Part shown: in pieces, positions 1 through 9,891 of the stretch | How the letters are laid out: each line of letters opens with the position of its first letter | Position numbering within the stretch: the stretch's first letter is position 1 | DNA from: Thermoplasmata archaeon | Lineage (GTDB): Archaea; Thermoplasmatota; Thermoplasmata; RBG-16-68-12; JAFNFQ01 | Direction: 5' to 3' | Assembly: GCA_041489255.1 (NCBI GenBank) | Contig: JBGPQV010000011.1 | Span: 1-64,000, forward strand | DNA: 64,000 nt | The notes under the pieces: generated by a model | The model's database searches: none | What the model was told of the DNA's origin: nothing | What the model saw: the letters and a program-made list of their open reading frames with translations, nothing else | Program-made: the position numbers and the translations under genes

Positions 1-8
1 CGACATCG

Positions 9-142
9 TCCCGGTTGTCCCGCGCCCTGCCGTGCTGTCGCGGCATCCCCGATTCCTGTCCCTCGTTCGATTCCGGTTGTCCGAGAGCCGGTCCCAATTG
101 TCCCGGGCGGCGGGACAATGCGCCGCTTATCCGTCCCAATGG
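9..142. repeat. Degenerate ~21-bp-period tandem repeat (may continue left of the window)
   Basis: Units TCCCGGTTGTCCCG (9), TTCCGGTTGTCCGAGAGCCGG (71-91), TCCCAATTGTCCCGG (92) and TCCCAATGG (134) lie at near multiples of 21 bp. Confidence 0.5.
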
Positions 143-483
143 ATCAGAACCCGCTGCCAATAGGTTCTCAGCCCGAAAAACAGTCTCGACCGTGATACTG
201 GCCCCCCTAATATCAAGTGGACGTCAAGTCATCACTGCCCGGGTCGGTGACGATTGCCTTGAAGTCTGTCGGCACGCTGAGCAACATCGCGCTCAAGTCG
301 GAGACTTCCCAGACCTATGTGTCGTTATGGCGGGCGTTGAAGGTGTGATGGGTCTTTGACTCGAATCGATCTTTGGCGGTGGACTTGGTGGGGATGGAAC
401 CGGGAGCCACGTAGGATCATGAGCAGGAGAAAGGCTGAAGGTTCCGAGGAAGAGATAAATAGGCACGGTCCGCTCAGACCATC

Positions 484-2004
484 GTGAGGGGCCAAGACAC
501 CGGACGGATCCTGTTCAAGGAGAGCCACGATCCTCAACTTCTGTTGAACCTCGTGACCATACCGTTCGTCTTCCTGCTCGTGGGGTTCTTCATCTTAACT
601 TGGGATCCGGATTTCGGCGCATGGTGCTTGCTGATCGGCGTGCTCGCCGCGATCGCCGAATATCTCTTGCTTCCTCAGAGACTCGTGGTGACGACGGTCG
701 GCATCCAGCCGCAGCTCATGAGGTACAAGGCCCTGTTGAAGAGATTGCGCTTCGTGCCATGGGACAGCGTGACTGCAATCTGGCCCCTATACTGGACCAA
801 TCCGCAGACTGCCGAAACCAAGCTCCGCGGATTCGAGGTGGCTGTGCCCGAAATAGGAACGACCAGGTTGGCGCCGACGCGATCTCTCAGCGGGAAGGCC
901 AAACCCGAACACCTAGAGAGCGCGGTCAAGGAAAGCTTGGGCCCGGGATTGGACGCAGTCTGGCGTGAAATTCCAGGAATATCAAGAAACGAAATCGAAA
1001 GCATGAGGAAGGTGTTGATGACATCATATACAAAGGAATCCGTGTCGGGACTTGCCCAGATATACATTCCGATGATCGCCTTCATGGAGATTCAAGCATT
1101 CTACGTGATGCTCAACAAAAGAATGCTGAATGCTGACCAATTGTGCGTTCTAGCCATTCTGATAATGGCGGTCTCGGCCATCCTCTCTTTGATTATCTTC
1201 ATCAACCTGTATCGCCTCTGGAAGCGACAACGGTTGTATTCCGATACTCTCAGTCTCTACTTTCAGGTCAGGCGGTACGAAGAGAAATCTGGCAAGCACC
1301 TGTTGCCTCAGATGCAGATGCTCGCCAGGTACCGGAAGCTGGACCCGAGGCCACCTCCCGTGGAAACCTACAGGGGGCATGAGCTGCTCAGGAAGCTCAG
1401 GCGCCTGAACGTCAAGACCTACTCCTGGATCGGGGCCTCGTTTATCGTCCCTTTAGCCGTCATGCCATTGGCATTCACATACCACCTATCGCCAATCCTT
1501 TTGCTGTTAGCTCTTCCGATTATGCCTGCCGCGGTGCTCCTCGGGGCATCCAACTTGTTTGAGGCTCAGAACGTAGTGACCGAGTTGAAGATGATCGTGC
1601 ACGAGGAGTGGAAGACCGGGCAGAGATACCTGCCGGAGAAGACGGATTTGCGTATCTGGGGGATTCAGCGCGACCCCGTCAAATTGATGGAGAAGAGCCT
1701 TCCCCGCCTTCGGGCGATCGTATCGAGAAAGGATCGCATTGCGGCCGTCATATCGACGTCAATCGTTATCTTCGCCGTGATCATGATTGCATTGTTCGCG
1801 CTCAGTGGGGAAGCGCGGACCTTCGTTCTCGTCCTGAGCTTATTGATGCTTCTCATCCCTTTCACATTGCTAATACAGAAGAGAATCGCTCCAGAGATTC
1901 GCGATCCGGCCGTGAGGACGATTCTCGAATACGAGAAGGTCACAGGGCGCCAGCTCCTGCCGCCGGAACTCGCCTCTCTAAGGGAGAAGCAGAAAGACAA
2001 CTAG
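484..2004 (+). CDS. Hypothetical multi-pass membrane protein with PH-like N-terminal region and three internal repeats
   Basis: 506-aa ORF with several TM hairpins; repeated motif YEEKSGKHLLP / EEWKTGQRYLP / YEKVTGRQLLP. Confidence 0.75.
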   Translation: MRGQDTGRILFKESHDPQLLLNLVTIPFVFLLVGFFILTWDPDFGAWCLLIGVLAAIAEYLLLPQRLVVTTVGIQPQLMRYKALLKRLRFVPWDSVTAIWPLYWTNPQTAETKLRGFEVAVPEIGTTRLAPTRSLSGKAKPEHLESAVKESLGPGLDAVWREIPGISRNEIESMRKVLMTSYTKESVSGLAQIYIPMIAFMEIQAFYVMLNKRMLNADQLCVLAILIMAVSAILSLIIFINLYRLWKRQRLYSDTLSLYFQVRRYEEKSGKHLLPQMQMLARYRKLDPRPPPVETYRGHELLRKLRRLNVKTYSWIGASFIVPLAVMPLAFTYHLSPILLLLALPIMPAAVLLGASNLFEAQNVVTELKMIVHEEWKTGQRYLPEKTDLRIWGIQRDPVKLMEKSLPRLRAIVSRKDRIAAVISTSIVIFAVIMIALFALSGEARTFVLVLSLLMLLIPFTLLIQKRIAPEIRDPAVRTILEYEKVTGRQLLPPELASLREKQKDN

Positions 2005-2066
2005 CCGCCTCGCCGCATTTTCGAGGTTCCGCCCAGCTTCATCGCTGGAGTATCAAAGCGGAGTGT

Positions 2067-3935
2067 TCAGTACGGTCGGAAAGGCCCGGAAGGTTCGCGG
2101 TATCTCCTTCTCCGGCGAATCAAGACGATTGCGAAAATAATCACAACAATGACGATGATGATTGCCGTGATCCAGAGCAAACAGAGAGTCTCCTCTGACA
2201 TCTCAGCGCGGAAAACCTCGGTCCGCTCCACAGTCATGTCCACATTCCGGGGGCAGTCCGTGAACTTCGTGTCTGGAGCAACCACGTTGACGACTGATGT
2301 GCCCATCACCCACGTCGGAATGGCGCCGCCGGTCATGTAGACCGCATAGGGCGCTGGAATCCAGGCCAGCGTCCCATCGTCCCCGGTGTGATTCACCCAT
2401 AAGGTCCTGCCTCCGAACGAGACGTAAACATCGGCTCCCATGAGCGGCGTTCCGTCCGCATTCAGGGTGCGGACAGTGAGATACTTCGCGAGGTATATCC
2501 GATTGGGCCCACCACTCAATCCACCGCCACCGATTGATGAATTCACGATGAAGAACGTGCCGCCGTCCGTTGCATCCACGGCGCTTTCCGTGATGCCTTC
2601 GAACGTCCCATTCGCGAATATCACCAGTTGGTCGCTCGTGTCGCCCCTCAGCCCGACTCGACACCGCGAAATCGTGTTGCGATCGAGTCGGACGGGGATT
2701 TCATGGATTGATGTCGTGAGGTCAATCAATTCCAATGCGACATCGCAATCGTGAAACCAATTCTCCCTTATCTGCGTGAAAGTCCCGAACTGGATCGTGT
2801 AGTTTGCGAATTCGTTTCCCAAAAAGAGACCGCCTCCCTGAGCCTCTACAAAGCCTTCCTCCAAGTAACTGCGCTCAATTATCAGCCTGCAGCCGCCCCA
2901 AGCCATGATTGGCGCTCGTACCAAGCTCGAATCGTGGATGCTGACATTGGAGTATGAGCAATCGAACGCCAATGGTTGGTAGACGCTCTCGAAGTCGCGC
3001 AGGCTGCTGTTGCTTATGACGACGTTCGACGAGTCTATGCGCATTCCGAAATCTGATTCGCCAAGTGTCGAGTCTGCAATCGTGAGGGTCGAACCGTCCA
3101 CGTGCATTCCCGTGTAGCTGCTCAAGACCGACGTATTCGCGAGGCCCATTTCCGAATCGAAAATGGCCATGTTAGCGTACATGTTGTTCGATATGTTTGA
3201 ATCGCGCAGGCTGAGAGTGGAATCCCCTGCAGTCAAACCCCCACCGCCATTGTTCCGAACAAAGACATCTCTTCCCGAGAAGTCGCTCTCATTCGAGACA
3301 TAGATGCCCGATTTGGAATTCGCACGCACGTCCAGTCCCGACGCGACGACGGACGAAGCGTTAATGACTATCCCCCAGTCCAGCCCGCCCACAGCTGTCA
3401 CGTTGTTGAGAGTCGCAGTTGTATGATCTGCCAATTGCACACCCGTGCCGCCGAAGGACAGCGAGCAACCGTCGATGAACACTCGCGATGCCCGCGCGTG
3501 GATGCCCATGAGCCCGCCGAAGATTGTGCAGTTCGCGAAATAGCCCGCACTCCCCGGCTCGAACGCAAATCCGCCCCAGAAATCCGAGATGTTGTAGGAA
3601 GCCACTGAGATGTCATTGCTCGCTGTCCCATTCGCCTCCAGTATCCCCTGGATGCTCACCTGTTTGTCCTTGTGCACCCAGACCTGCTCGCCTGGGCGGA
3701 GGATCAGGACATCTCCGGCGCACACCGTGATGTTCTCAAGGATAGCGTACGTTCCTGGCAACATCCCCGGCCCAACCGCGCTCGAATTGGCTTTCACGTC
3801 CTCCAACGACCAGCGAACGCCAGTGCATGGAGTGGTGTAGGCGGCAGCTGAGGCGGGAGGAGTCCACACTACAATGGAAAGGAGAATGGCCGCGGCTGCA
3901 TACAAGGCAAGGGTCCTCCAGAGAGTCAAGCTCAA
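2067..3935 (-). CDS. Secreted, membrane-anchored right-handed parallel beta-helix repeat protein
   Basis: Signal peptide, G-I-x-I/N-x-T-I type PbH repeats, C-terminal TM followed by RRRRR. Confidence 0.8.
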   Translation of the reverse strand: MSLTLWRTLALYAAAAILLSIVVWTPPASAAAYTTPCTGVRWSLEDVKANSSAVGPGMLPGTYAILENITVCAGDVLILRPGEQVWVHKDKQVSIQGILEANGTASNDISVASYNISDFWGGFAFEPGSAGYFANCTIFGGLMGIHARASRVFIDGCSLSFGGTGVQLADHTTATLNNVTAVGGLDWGIVINASSVVASGLDVRANSKSGIYVSNESDFSGRDVFVRNNGGGGLTAGDSTLSLRDSNISNNMYANMAIFDSEMGLANTSVLSSYTGMHVDGSTLTIADSTLGESDFGMRIDSSNVVISNSSLRDFESVYQPLAFDCSYSNVSIHDSSLVRAPIMAWGGCRLIIERSYLEEGFVEAQGGGLFLGNEFANYTIQFGTFTQIRENWFHDCDVALELIDLTTSIHEIPVRLDRNTISRCRVGLRGDTSDQLVIFANGTFEGITESAVDATDGGTFFIVNSSIGGGGLSGGPNRIYLAKYLTVRTLNADGTPLMGADVYVSFGGRTLWVNHTGDDGTLAWIPAPYAVYMTGGAIPTWVMGTSVVNVVAPDTKFTDCPRNVDMTVERTEVFRAEMSEETLCLLWITAIIIVIVVIIFAIVLIRRRRRYREPSGPFRPY

Positions 3936-4068
3936 TACCCCGTGTCGTTGATTCCAGCTTCTCTATATATAGTTCCCTCAGTGTGCAAACATCTCATGGA
4001 CCGCCGCGAAACAGCGGCATCCGGAAAAGCCCTAAGTATTCAGCCCGATACGGAGGGCGAGCGAGAGC

Positions 4069-4539
4069 ATGGCGGCGACGACGAAGCAAGTCGATCTGTT
4101 TGGCGGGGAAGTCGAGGATTGCGTCTTCTGCAGGATCGCGCGAGGGAAATTGCAGAGCCTTCTCGTGTTCGAGGATGATGTGTCGGTGGCCTTTCTGGAC
4201 AACAACCCCGTCTTCCCCGGTCACTGCCTGCTCGTCCCGAAGGTGCACCACCAGCTGATCGAACAACTCCCCAGGGAATTCATCGACCCCCTGTTCGCGA
4301 ACCTCCAGTTGATCTCCAAGGCGGTCAAACTCGGGATGAAGGCGGACGGCACCTTCCTCGGAATCAATAACGGCGTGAGCCAGCACGTCCCTCACCTGCA
4401 CATACATGTCATCCCTCGCAGGAAGGGCGACGGGTTGAAGGGCTTCTTCTGGCCGAGTTCCAAGTATCCGGATGAGAAGACGGCCGAGGACATCCAGCAT
4501 GCAATCAAGTCAGCTATCGACGAACTGAAGTCTCATTAG
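4069..4539 (+). CDS. HIT family hydrolase
   Basis: CVFCRI zinc motif and HLHIHVIP histidine triad. Confidence 0.93.
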   Translation: MAATTKQVDLFGGEVEDCVFCRIARGKLQSLLVFEDDVSVAFLDNNPVFPGHCLLVPKVHHQLIEQLPREFIDPLFANLQLISKAVKLGMKADGTFLGINNGVSQHVPHLHIHVIPRRKGDGLKGFFWPSSKYPDEKTAEDIQHAIKSAIDELKSH

Positions 4540-4557
4540 CCCCGCCATCGTTCCGCG

Positions 4558-5094
4558 TCAATCTTTGAGCAGCTTCCCGAGCTCGAGCCTGACCTCCCCC
4601 TTCTCGGCGTCCTCGTTGCTGTACGCGGTCCTGTCGAAACCGACGAGGTCGAAGCCGAATCCCAGATAGAACGCCATCGCCCCGACGTTGCAACTCTGCA
4701 TCTCGAGCACGAGCATCCTCGAACCTGCCTCCCTCGCGACCTCCTCCGCCTTCCTCATGAGGGCGGTGCCTATGCCGCGCCTCTGGTACTCCTTCTGCAC
4801 GAGGAACTCCCAGACCCTGGTCCTGTCCTTGAACGCGTTGAGGTCGATCTCGATCCAGCCGACCTCCCTCCCGCCCTCGACCGCTGCGAAAGCGCGAGGC
4901 TTCAGCACCATCCACTGGAACAGCTCGGACTCGCAGCTCTTCTCCAGCTCCTTCGGGAGCGGCTTGAGTTCGAGCCTGGCGGTCCAGCCTTTGTCATCCT
5001 TCTTGAGATTCAGCGCGTAATGCTGTCGGGTCGTGTACCGATAGACCAGTTTCGCGTGCTGTTTGCCGCCCTTCTTCAGCTCGACAATCTCCAT
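4558..5094 (-). CDS. GNAT family N-acetyltransferase
   Basis: VQKEYQRRGIGTALM acetyl-CoA motif and NVGAMAFYLGFGF. Confidence 0.9.
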   Translation of the reverse strand: MEIVELKKGGKQHAKLVYRYTTRQHYALNLKKDDKGWTARLELKPLPKELEKSCESELFQWMVLKPRAFAAVEGGREVGWIEIDLNAFKDRTRVWEFLVQKEYQRRGIGTALMRKAEEVAREAGSRMLVLEMQSCNVGAMAFYLGFGFDLVGFDRTAYSNEDAEKGEVRLELGKLLKD

Positions 5095-5098
5095 CCTC

Positions 5099-5344
5099 TC
5101 ACCCGACTACTCCACGTGTTCTTTTTCGCTTCGAACTATCATCGTGATGTTCAACCATGATCGTCAGGTTCGGTTTGATACCGGCCAGCGCGGGTAGGAG
5201 ATGATTCAGGACTTGCTCGGCGGTCATCCGGAATGTTCGGCCGCGCGCGCTCGCCTTCAGCCAGCCGGTCCTGTCGCGGTAGTAGCGCTCAGTGAAGGTC
5301 TTGGTACTGATCAGAATGACGTAGCTGTCATTGGTCAGGTTCAT
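5099..5344 (-). CDS. Small hypothetical protein
   Basis: ATG at 5344 inside the 103-aa ORF; ends 4 bp before the GNAT start, so probably co-transcribed. Confidence 0.6.
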   Translation of the reverse strand: MNLTNDSYVILISTKTFTERYYRDRTGWLKASARGRTFRMTAEQVLNHLLPALAGIKPNLTIMVEHHDDSSKRKRTRGVVG

Positions 5345-5454
5345 GGGACGAGAATCCACGATGGAGGTCTTAAGGGTGCCTTCCGGAAGCGTTGATTTAC
5401 GCAATTGCACCCCATTGCAGGATGTCGAGGCTTTCCGCGATCAAGATGTGCCGA

Positions 5455-5476
5455 GTTGTGGAAGTTCTTCCACAAC
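5455..5476. promoter_or_regulatory. Perfect 10-bp inverted repeat in a divergent intergenic region (putative operator)
   Basis: GTTGTGGAAG-TT-CTTCCACAAC. Confidence 0.45.
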
Positions 5477-5544
5477 GACGCTTCCAGGGATAGGAGAGCT
5501 TGCTGACCGCAACCCTTACTATGCGGGCGACCATTCATAGATCG

Positions 5545-5829
5545 ATGGCGGGAAACGAGCCCCTCGATATATCTGATTCTGAGCGCGAAGCTCGGAGAAC
5601 CATCCGGGCGGCGATGATCGGGATCATCATGCTGGTTGTCGGCCTCATGCTCGCGCTGAGCAATTTCGTGATTTACATCGGGGCATGGCCTGATGAGCGG
5701 CCGTTCTACTTGGGCGGCATCGGCGTAATCATGTCCATCATAGGATTCATCGCTCTCGCCGCGGGGCTCATCATGTCGTGGGTATTCAGCCACGAGGCGA
5801 GCGTGCAGGCGGAAGCCCCGGGGCGGTGA
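5545..5829 (+). CDS. Small two-TM membrane protein
   Basis: Two hydrophobic helices; ATG at 5545. Confidence 0.65.
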   Translation: MAGNEPLDISDSEREARRTIRAAMIGIIMLVVGLMLALSNFVIYIGAWPDERPFYLGGIGVIMSIIGFIALAAGLIMSWVFSHEASVQAEAPGR

Positions 5830-5838
5830 CGACCATCG

Positions 5839-8800
5839 TCAGAGTTCCCCGCCGGGGCGATCACGCCGCTTCTTCATGCCTTCCGCCGCGATGGAGACGG
5901 CTGCCGCAATCCCCATGCTGACCACCGCCACAAGGGCGACAAGCATGTAGCCATTGACGGCAACCTCCGAGGAGCATTCCTGGTCGGTCGGGACGCTTGT
6001 GCCGTCAGGGCATGTCCTGAAGAGCTTCAGGATGAGGAACACGACGCTGGCGTTCCCTTTCCCTTCGTCGAGAGAATCTGCGCTGACCGTCAAGACGACC
6101 GGGGTCTGGTTGGAAGCCATCGAGTCGCTTGGCGGCGCCCTGAACCTCAACCTCGATGTCACGGAGCCGTTCCACTGGGATGGCTCGATGCCGTACGGCG
6201 GCTCGAGGGGCGGGTTCGTGGCGGCTGTCGCCTGAGAATCCGGCACGGCGAAGCCATCGCGGTCTGCGACCGAGACCTCAAACCAGATCGTGTCCGAGGT
6301 GGGGACGATGTCGGTGTCGAGGAATTGGATTGTCACTCCGAGGAACTTCGCCGCCGCGGGATAGACGGCGATGACGAAGCTCTTGCTCGATTCCGGGACC
6401 TCCTGGAATTGCGGGTATGTTGCCGTGGCGGTGATGGTGACATTGTAGATGCCGTCGACCGACGGCGCGGTGTATGTCAGCACCAATTTCCCCAGTGATG
6501 CCGTGGCGGTGATGTCATTGCCCGCGGGGCCACCGCCAGCGGAGAGATTGCCCGCCCACTCTGGGGTCACTGTCGCATGGACCAATGCGCCGTCGACCGG
6601 ATTGCCATCCTGGTCTCTCACCTTGATTGTGACAGCCGCGCTCTCGCCTGCCGTCACCGCAGAGGAAGACTCGATCGAAACATACAGCCGCATTCCGGTT
6701 GGCGGCCTGATGTTGAGCAGGGACCAGAAGTTCCACACGGTCCCGTGCAGTGGCTTCCAACCGATGAAGCGGCCTTGGTTGGTCGACTCGATGTTCGTCT
6801 TGAAGTAGAGAGTGTCGTATGGGAGCTTGTCCAAGACGATACCTTGCGCCCACTTGAACAGATCCGCCCGCCTCGTTGCATTCATTTCCCGTCTCGAGGA
6901 GTCGAGTACGGCGTCCATGAGCCCATCGTTGAAGCCCGCATAATTGTGTCCTGACGCCGCACGGGAGGAGTGGAGGAAATCGAAGAGGTAGTCAGGATCG
7001 TAGTCGCTGACCGTCCATCCAAAGACGTACATGTCGTATTCGTGCCACGTGATTATGTTTATGAGTCCGGTGGTCGAGGTCGATACCGTGCGCACATTCA
7101 CCCCGAATCGACGCATCTCATCGGTAATCAACGCGCAGGAATTCGCCTTAACAGGATCGTAGTCGGCTTTCGGGCACCAGAGATTGAATTCCGTGGGACC
7201 TATTCCCGGAAGTATGTAGTAGCCCGTCCCCGGATCCTTTGTGAACCAGGCAACTGCTTCGGGTGGACCGCCGTTGGCCGCCAGCCAGACTGCGTCAGCG
7301 TGCGCCAAATCCAATTCTGCGCTGGCTGCTGTCGTGTTGAAGTCGTAACCTATGAGAGAGGTGTTGTAGAATCTGACATTGTTCGGGCTCATTGGGACGA
7401 GTCCAGCGCGGCCGTATCCCTGCAGGAAGTCGTTCACGATGTGTGTCTTGTCGATCAAGTGCGCCACTGCTTTTCTGAAGTGATAACCCACGTCGAATCC
7501 ATCTGCCTGCCCGTAATGCCACATCCCCACTGAAGGTCGCCTTAGGTTATAACCGAGATACGTGAACCCAGGATCGGGTCTAGCCCAGATTCGAACGTCC
7601 CACATGAGTTGAAGGCGCGGCACAAACTCGGGTGGAGTGCCGGAGCGGCAGAAATCAATGTCCCGATTGCTTTCCATTCGTATGAAACAATAATAGCCTT
7701 CCCAAGGGACTGTGAATGTGATGCCGTCGATGAATGGCTGATTGATGTAAGTAGATAGGAATGAGTCGAGCACCGCGCCAGTCTTCGCGTCGCGTCCCAC
7801 GAAGTAGAGCGGATTCTTGAGAACGCGGGTTGTCCTATATGACTCGTTAGACATCTCAAAGATGAAGGGGCCTGTTCCAATGACATCCATGTCCTCGGGC
7901 TGCCATTCCTCTGCGCTGTCAATCGCCGGGGTGTCGGATTTCAGGTAGACGTAGGGCTTGAAAGTCGTCTCGGTCATTGGCACACCCTGTCCGAATCTGG
8001 CGTCCGACTCGGGATAGATCGCGATGCCGAAATCCAGATGCAATGGGCCTACCTTGTCGCCGTAAAACGGGTCGATTCTCTCTGTATCGATCCTCCACCC
8101 GGTCTGCTCCCAGACATGGCGGGGGAAAAGCACGCAGCCCGCGAGTGTTCGATTGGCGAAGAGGACGAAAGGCTCCTGGAGCTGAAACCTGACCGCCACG
8201 CGGAGAGAGGGGTCCCCGACCTGAGGCTCGTCACCCCAGTTCTTCACCGCCGGTGTGACGAAAAGCCACCGTGTCGTCGAGTAGTTGCTCGCTGACCTTC
8301 CCGCCTTGTCCATCAGGACGAACAGGTCGCTGTTCTTTCGGGGATTCATCGCCGTCAGCTGATACGAGAAGAAGAGATCGCCGACAGTCGCCTGGACTCC
8401 GTCGTGGAAATAGACTCCGTTGAAGTCGTAGTATGCCGTGACGTTGAGGATGTCGCCGCTCTCCGGCTTCTCGAACTCGCCATATTCATTGCCCTTGAAC
8501 ATCCCGTCATCGTCCACATCGATCCCCTTCAATATGTATGGGGCGAGCGCGTCGGTCTCAGGGAGTGCTTTGCCAACGGCATCATAGACCAGGTCGAGCA
8601 CGTCTTTTGTCGGGATATCCTGAGCAATGGCGGGGAGCGGATTCCTTGTCTTCATGCTGCCCAGCTCGCCCACGACCAAGATCACCGGTTCGCCCTTCGT
8701 CTGATCTCCTGAGCCTCTTATCGCGAGGCCGCCGAGAACGATGAGCAGTGCCAATGCAATTGCTGGACAGAATCCGCGCCTCGCAGAATGCTGCTTCGAC

Positions 8801-8868
8801 TGACTCCCTCCGATGTCATAATCGGGATTATCCTTCGACATTCGGCGTCTTGCCATCGTCGACCACAT
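5839..8868 (-). CDS. ABC transporter substrate-binding protein (family 5, peptide/nickel) with C-terminal Ig-like domains and TM anchor
   Basis: FHDG, IGTGPF, FRKAVAHLIDK and LPYDTLY SBP5 motifs, then Ig-like VRDQDGNPV repeats; start uncertain. Confidence 0.85.
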   Translation of the reverse strand: MWSTMARRRMSKDNPDYDIGGSQSKQHSARRGFCPAIALALLIVLGGLAIRGSGDQTKGEPVILVVGELGSMKTRNPLPAIAQDIPTKDVLDLVYDAVGKALPETDALAPYILKGIDVDDDGMFKGNEYGEFEKPESGDILNVTAYYDFNGVYFHDGVQATVGDLFFSYQLTAMNPRKNSDLFVLMDKAGRSASNYSTTRWLFVTPAVKNWGDEPQVGDPSLRVAVRFQLQEPFVLFANRTLAGCVLFPRHVWEQTGWRIDTERIDPFYGDKVGPLHLDFGIAIYPESDARFGQGVPMTETTFKPYVYLKSDTPAIDSAEEWQPEDMDVIGTGPFIFEMSNESYRTTRVLKNPLYFVGRDAKTGAVLDSFLSTYINQPFIDGITFTVPWEGYYCFIRMESNRDIDFCRSGTPPEFVPRLQLMWDVRIWARPDPGFTYLGYNLRRPSVGMWHYGQADGFDVGYHFRKAVAHLIDKTHIVNDFLQGYGRAGLVPMSPNNVRFYNTSLIGYDFNTTAASAELDLAHADAVWLAANGGPPEAVAWFTKDPGTGYYILPGIGPTEFNLWCPKADYDPVKANSCALITDEMRRFGVNVRTVSTSTTGLINIITWHEYDMYVFGWTVSDYDPDYLFDFLHSSRAASGHNYAGFNDGLMDAVLDSSRREMNATRRADLFKWAQGIVLDKLPYDTLYFKTNIESTNQGRFIGWKPLHGTVWNFWSLLNIRPPTGMRLYVSIESSSAVTAGESAAVTIKVRDQDGNPVDGALVHATVTPEWAGNLSAGGGPAGNDITATASLGKLVLTYTAPSVDGIYNVTITATATYPQFQEVPESSKSFVIAVYPAAAKFLGVTIQFLDTDIVPTSDTIWFEVSVADRDGFAVPDSQATAATNPPLEPPYGIEPSQWNGSVTSRLRFRAPPSDSMASNQTPVVLTVSADSLDEGKGNASVVFLILKLFRTCPDGTSVPTDQECSSEVAVNGYMLVALVAVVSMGIAAAVSIAAEGMKKRRDRPGGEL

Positions 8869-8991
8869 CCACCATCACTGGAGATTCATCCCCTATCTCG
8901 GTATAAAAACAGATTTGTACGGTTGCTTGTGGACTGCGTGGCGGTTGCTGTCCGAACTCAAGCTTATGAAGGAGTGCTGGTTCCGAGGCTC

Positions 8992-9891
8992 GTGCGTCGC
9001 GACTCGGCTGTGCTCCACGGTTCCCTTCTTGTCGCCATAGTTTTCTGGGGCCTGGCCTTCACCGCCATCAAGCTCGCGCTCGCGCACATGTCATGGATCA
9101 CCCTGACCTTTCTCCGCCTCGCGATTGCCTCCGGGCTCTACGTGGTCTACCTGACCGCGATGAAACCTACGACGCGGATAGAGAGACGGGACTTCCCGAA
9201 GATCGCCCTGATAGGCTTCGTCGCATTCACCGCCTACCACCTCTTTCTGAACCTCGGTGAGATGGATCCGAACACAACGGCGGGCACGAGCGCTCTGGTG
9301 ATCGCATCCGCTCCCGCGTTCTTAACCATCCTGGCGGTGGTGATGCTCAAGGAGAAGGTGACTTCCGTCCGCGCACTAGGTATCGCCTTTGCCTTTGTCG
9401 GTCTGGCGGTGATGCTCCTGCTGAGCTCACCCGGCAGCGAGTATCGAGTCACGTTCACAGTGGGGGCGGCATTGATCATCCCCGCCGCTTTCTTCGCGGC
9501 GCTCTATTCCGCCCTTGCGAAGCCGCTGCTCTCTAAGTACCAGCCCTTCCAGCTCACCGCCTATGCCATGTTCTTCGGGACGATCTTCACGCTGCCTTTC
9601 GTGGCGGTGAATGGCGGTGGAACCATGAGCGATCTGGGCACGATGGGGATTGGCGGCGCTTTGCCCCTTCTGTTCCTCGGGCTTTTTCCCACCTTCCTCT
9701 CCTACGGACTCTGGTTCAGGGCATTGCAGAAGATGGAGGCCTCGGCCGCAGGCGCATACGTCTACCTGAGCACCCTCTTGGCGGTGGTGGCGGGGATAAT
9801 CGTCCTCGGTGAAACCGTCGCCGCTCCCGCCATAATCGGCGGGGCGATGGTCATCGGCGGGGTCTACGTGGCCCAGCGCCGCTCAAGATAG
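8992..9891 (+). CDS. DMT/EamA family transporter
   Basis: About 10 TM helices in two EamA repeats; GTG start inferred. Confidence 0.9.
   Translation: MRRDSAVLHGSLLVAIVFWGLAFTAIKLALAHMSWITLTFLRLAIASGLYVVYLTAMKPTTRIERRDFPKIALIGFVAFTAYHLFLNLGEMDPNTTAGTSALVIASAPAFLTILAVVMLKEKVTSVRALGIAFAFVGLAVMLLLSSPGSEYRVTFTVGAALIIPAAFFAALYSALAKPLLSKYQPFQLTAYAMFFGTIFTLPFVAVNGGGTMSDLGTMGIGGALPLLFLGLFPTFLSYGLWFRALQKMEASAAGAYVYLSTLLAVVAGIIVLGETVAAPAIIGGAMVIGGVYVAQRRSR

Noticed and set aside
15-537. ORFs 15-359 (+) and 325-537 (-)
   Set aside because: They overlap the repeat region, have atypical composition and show no recognisable motif
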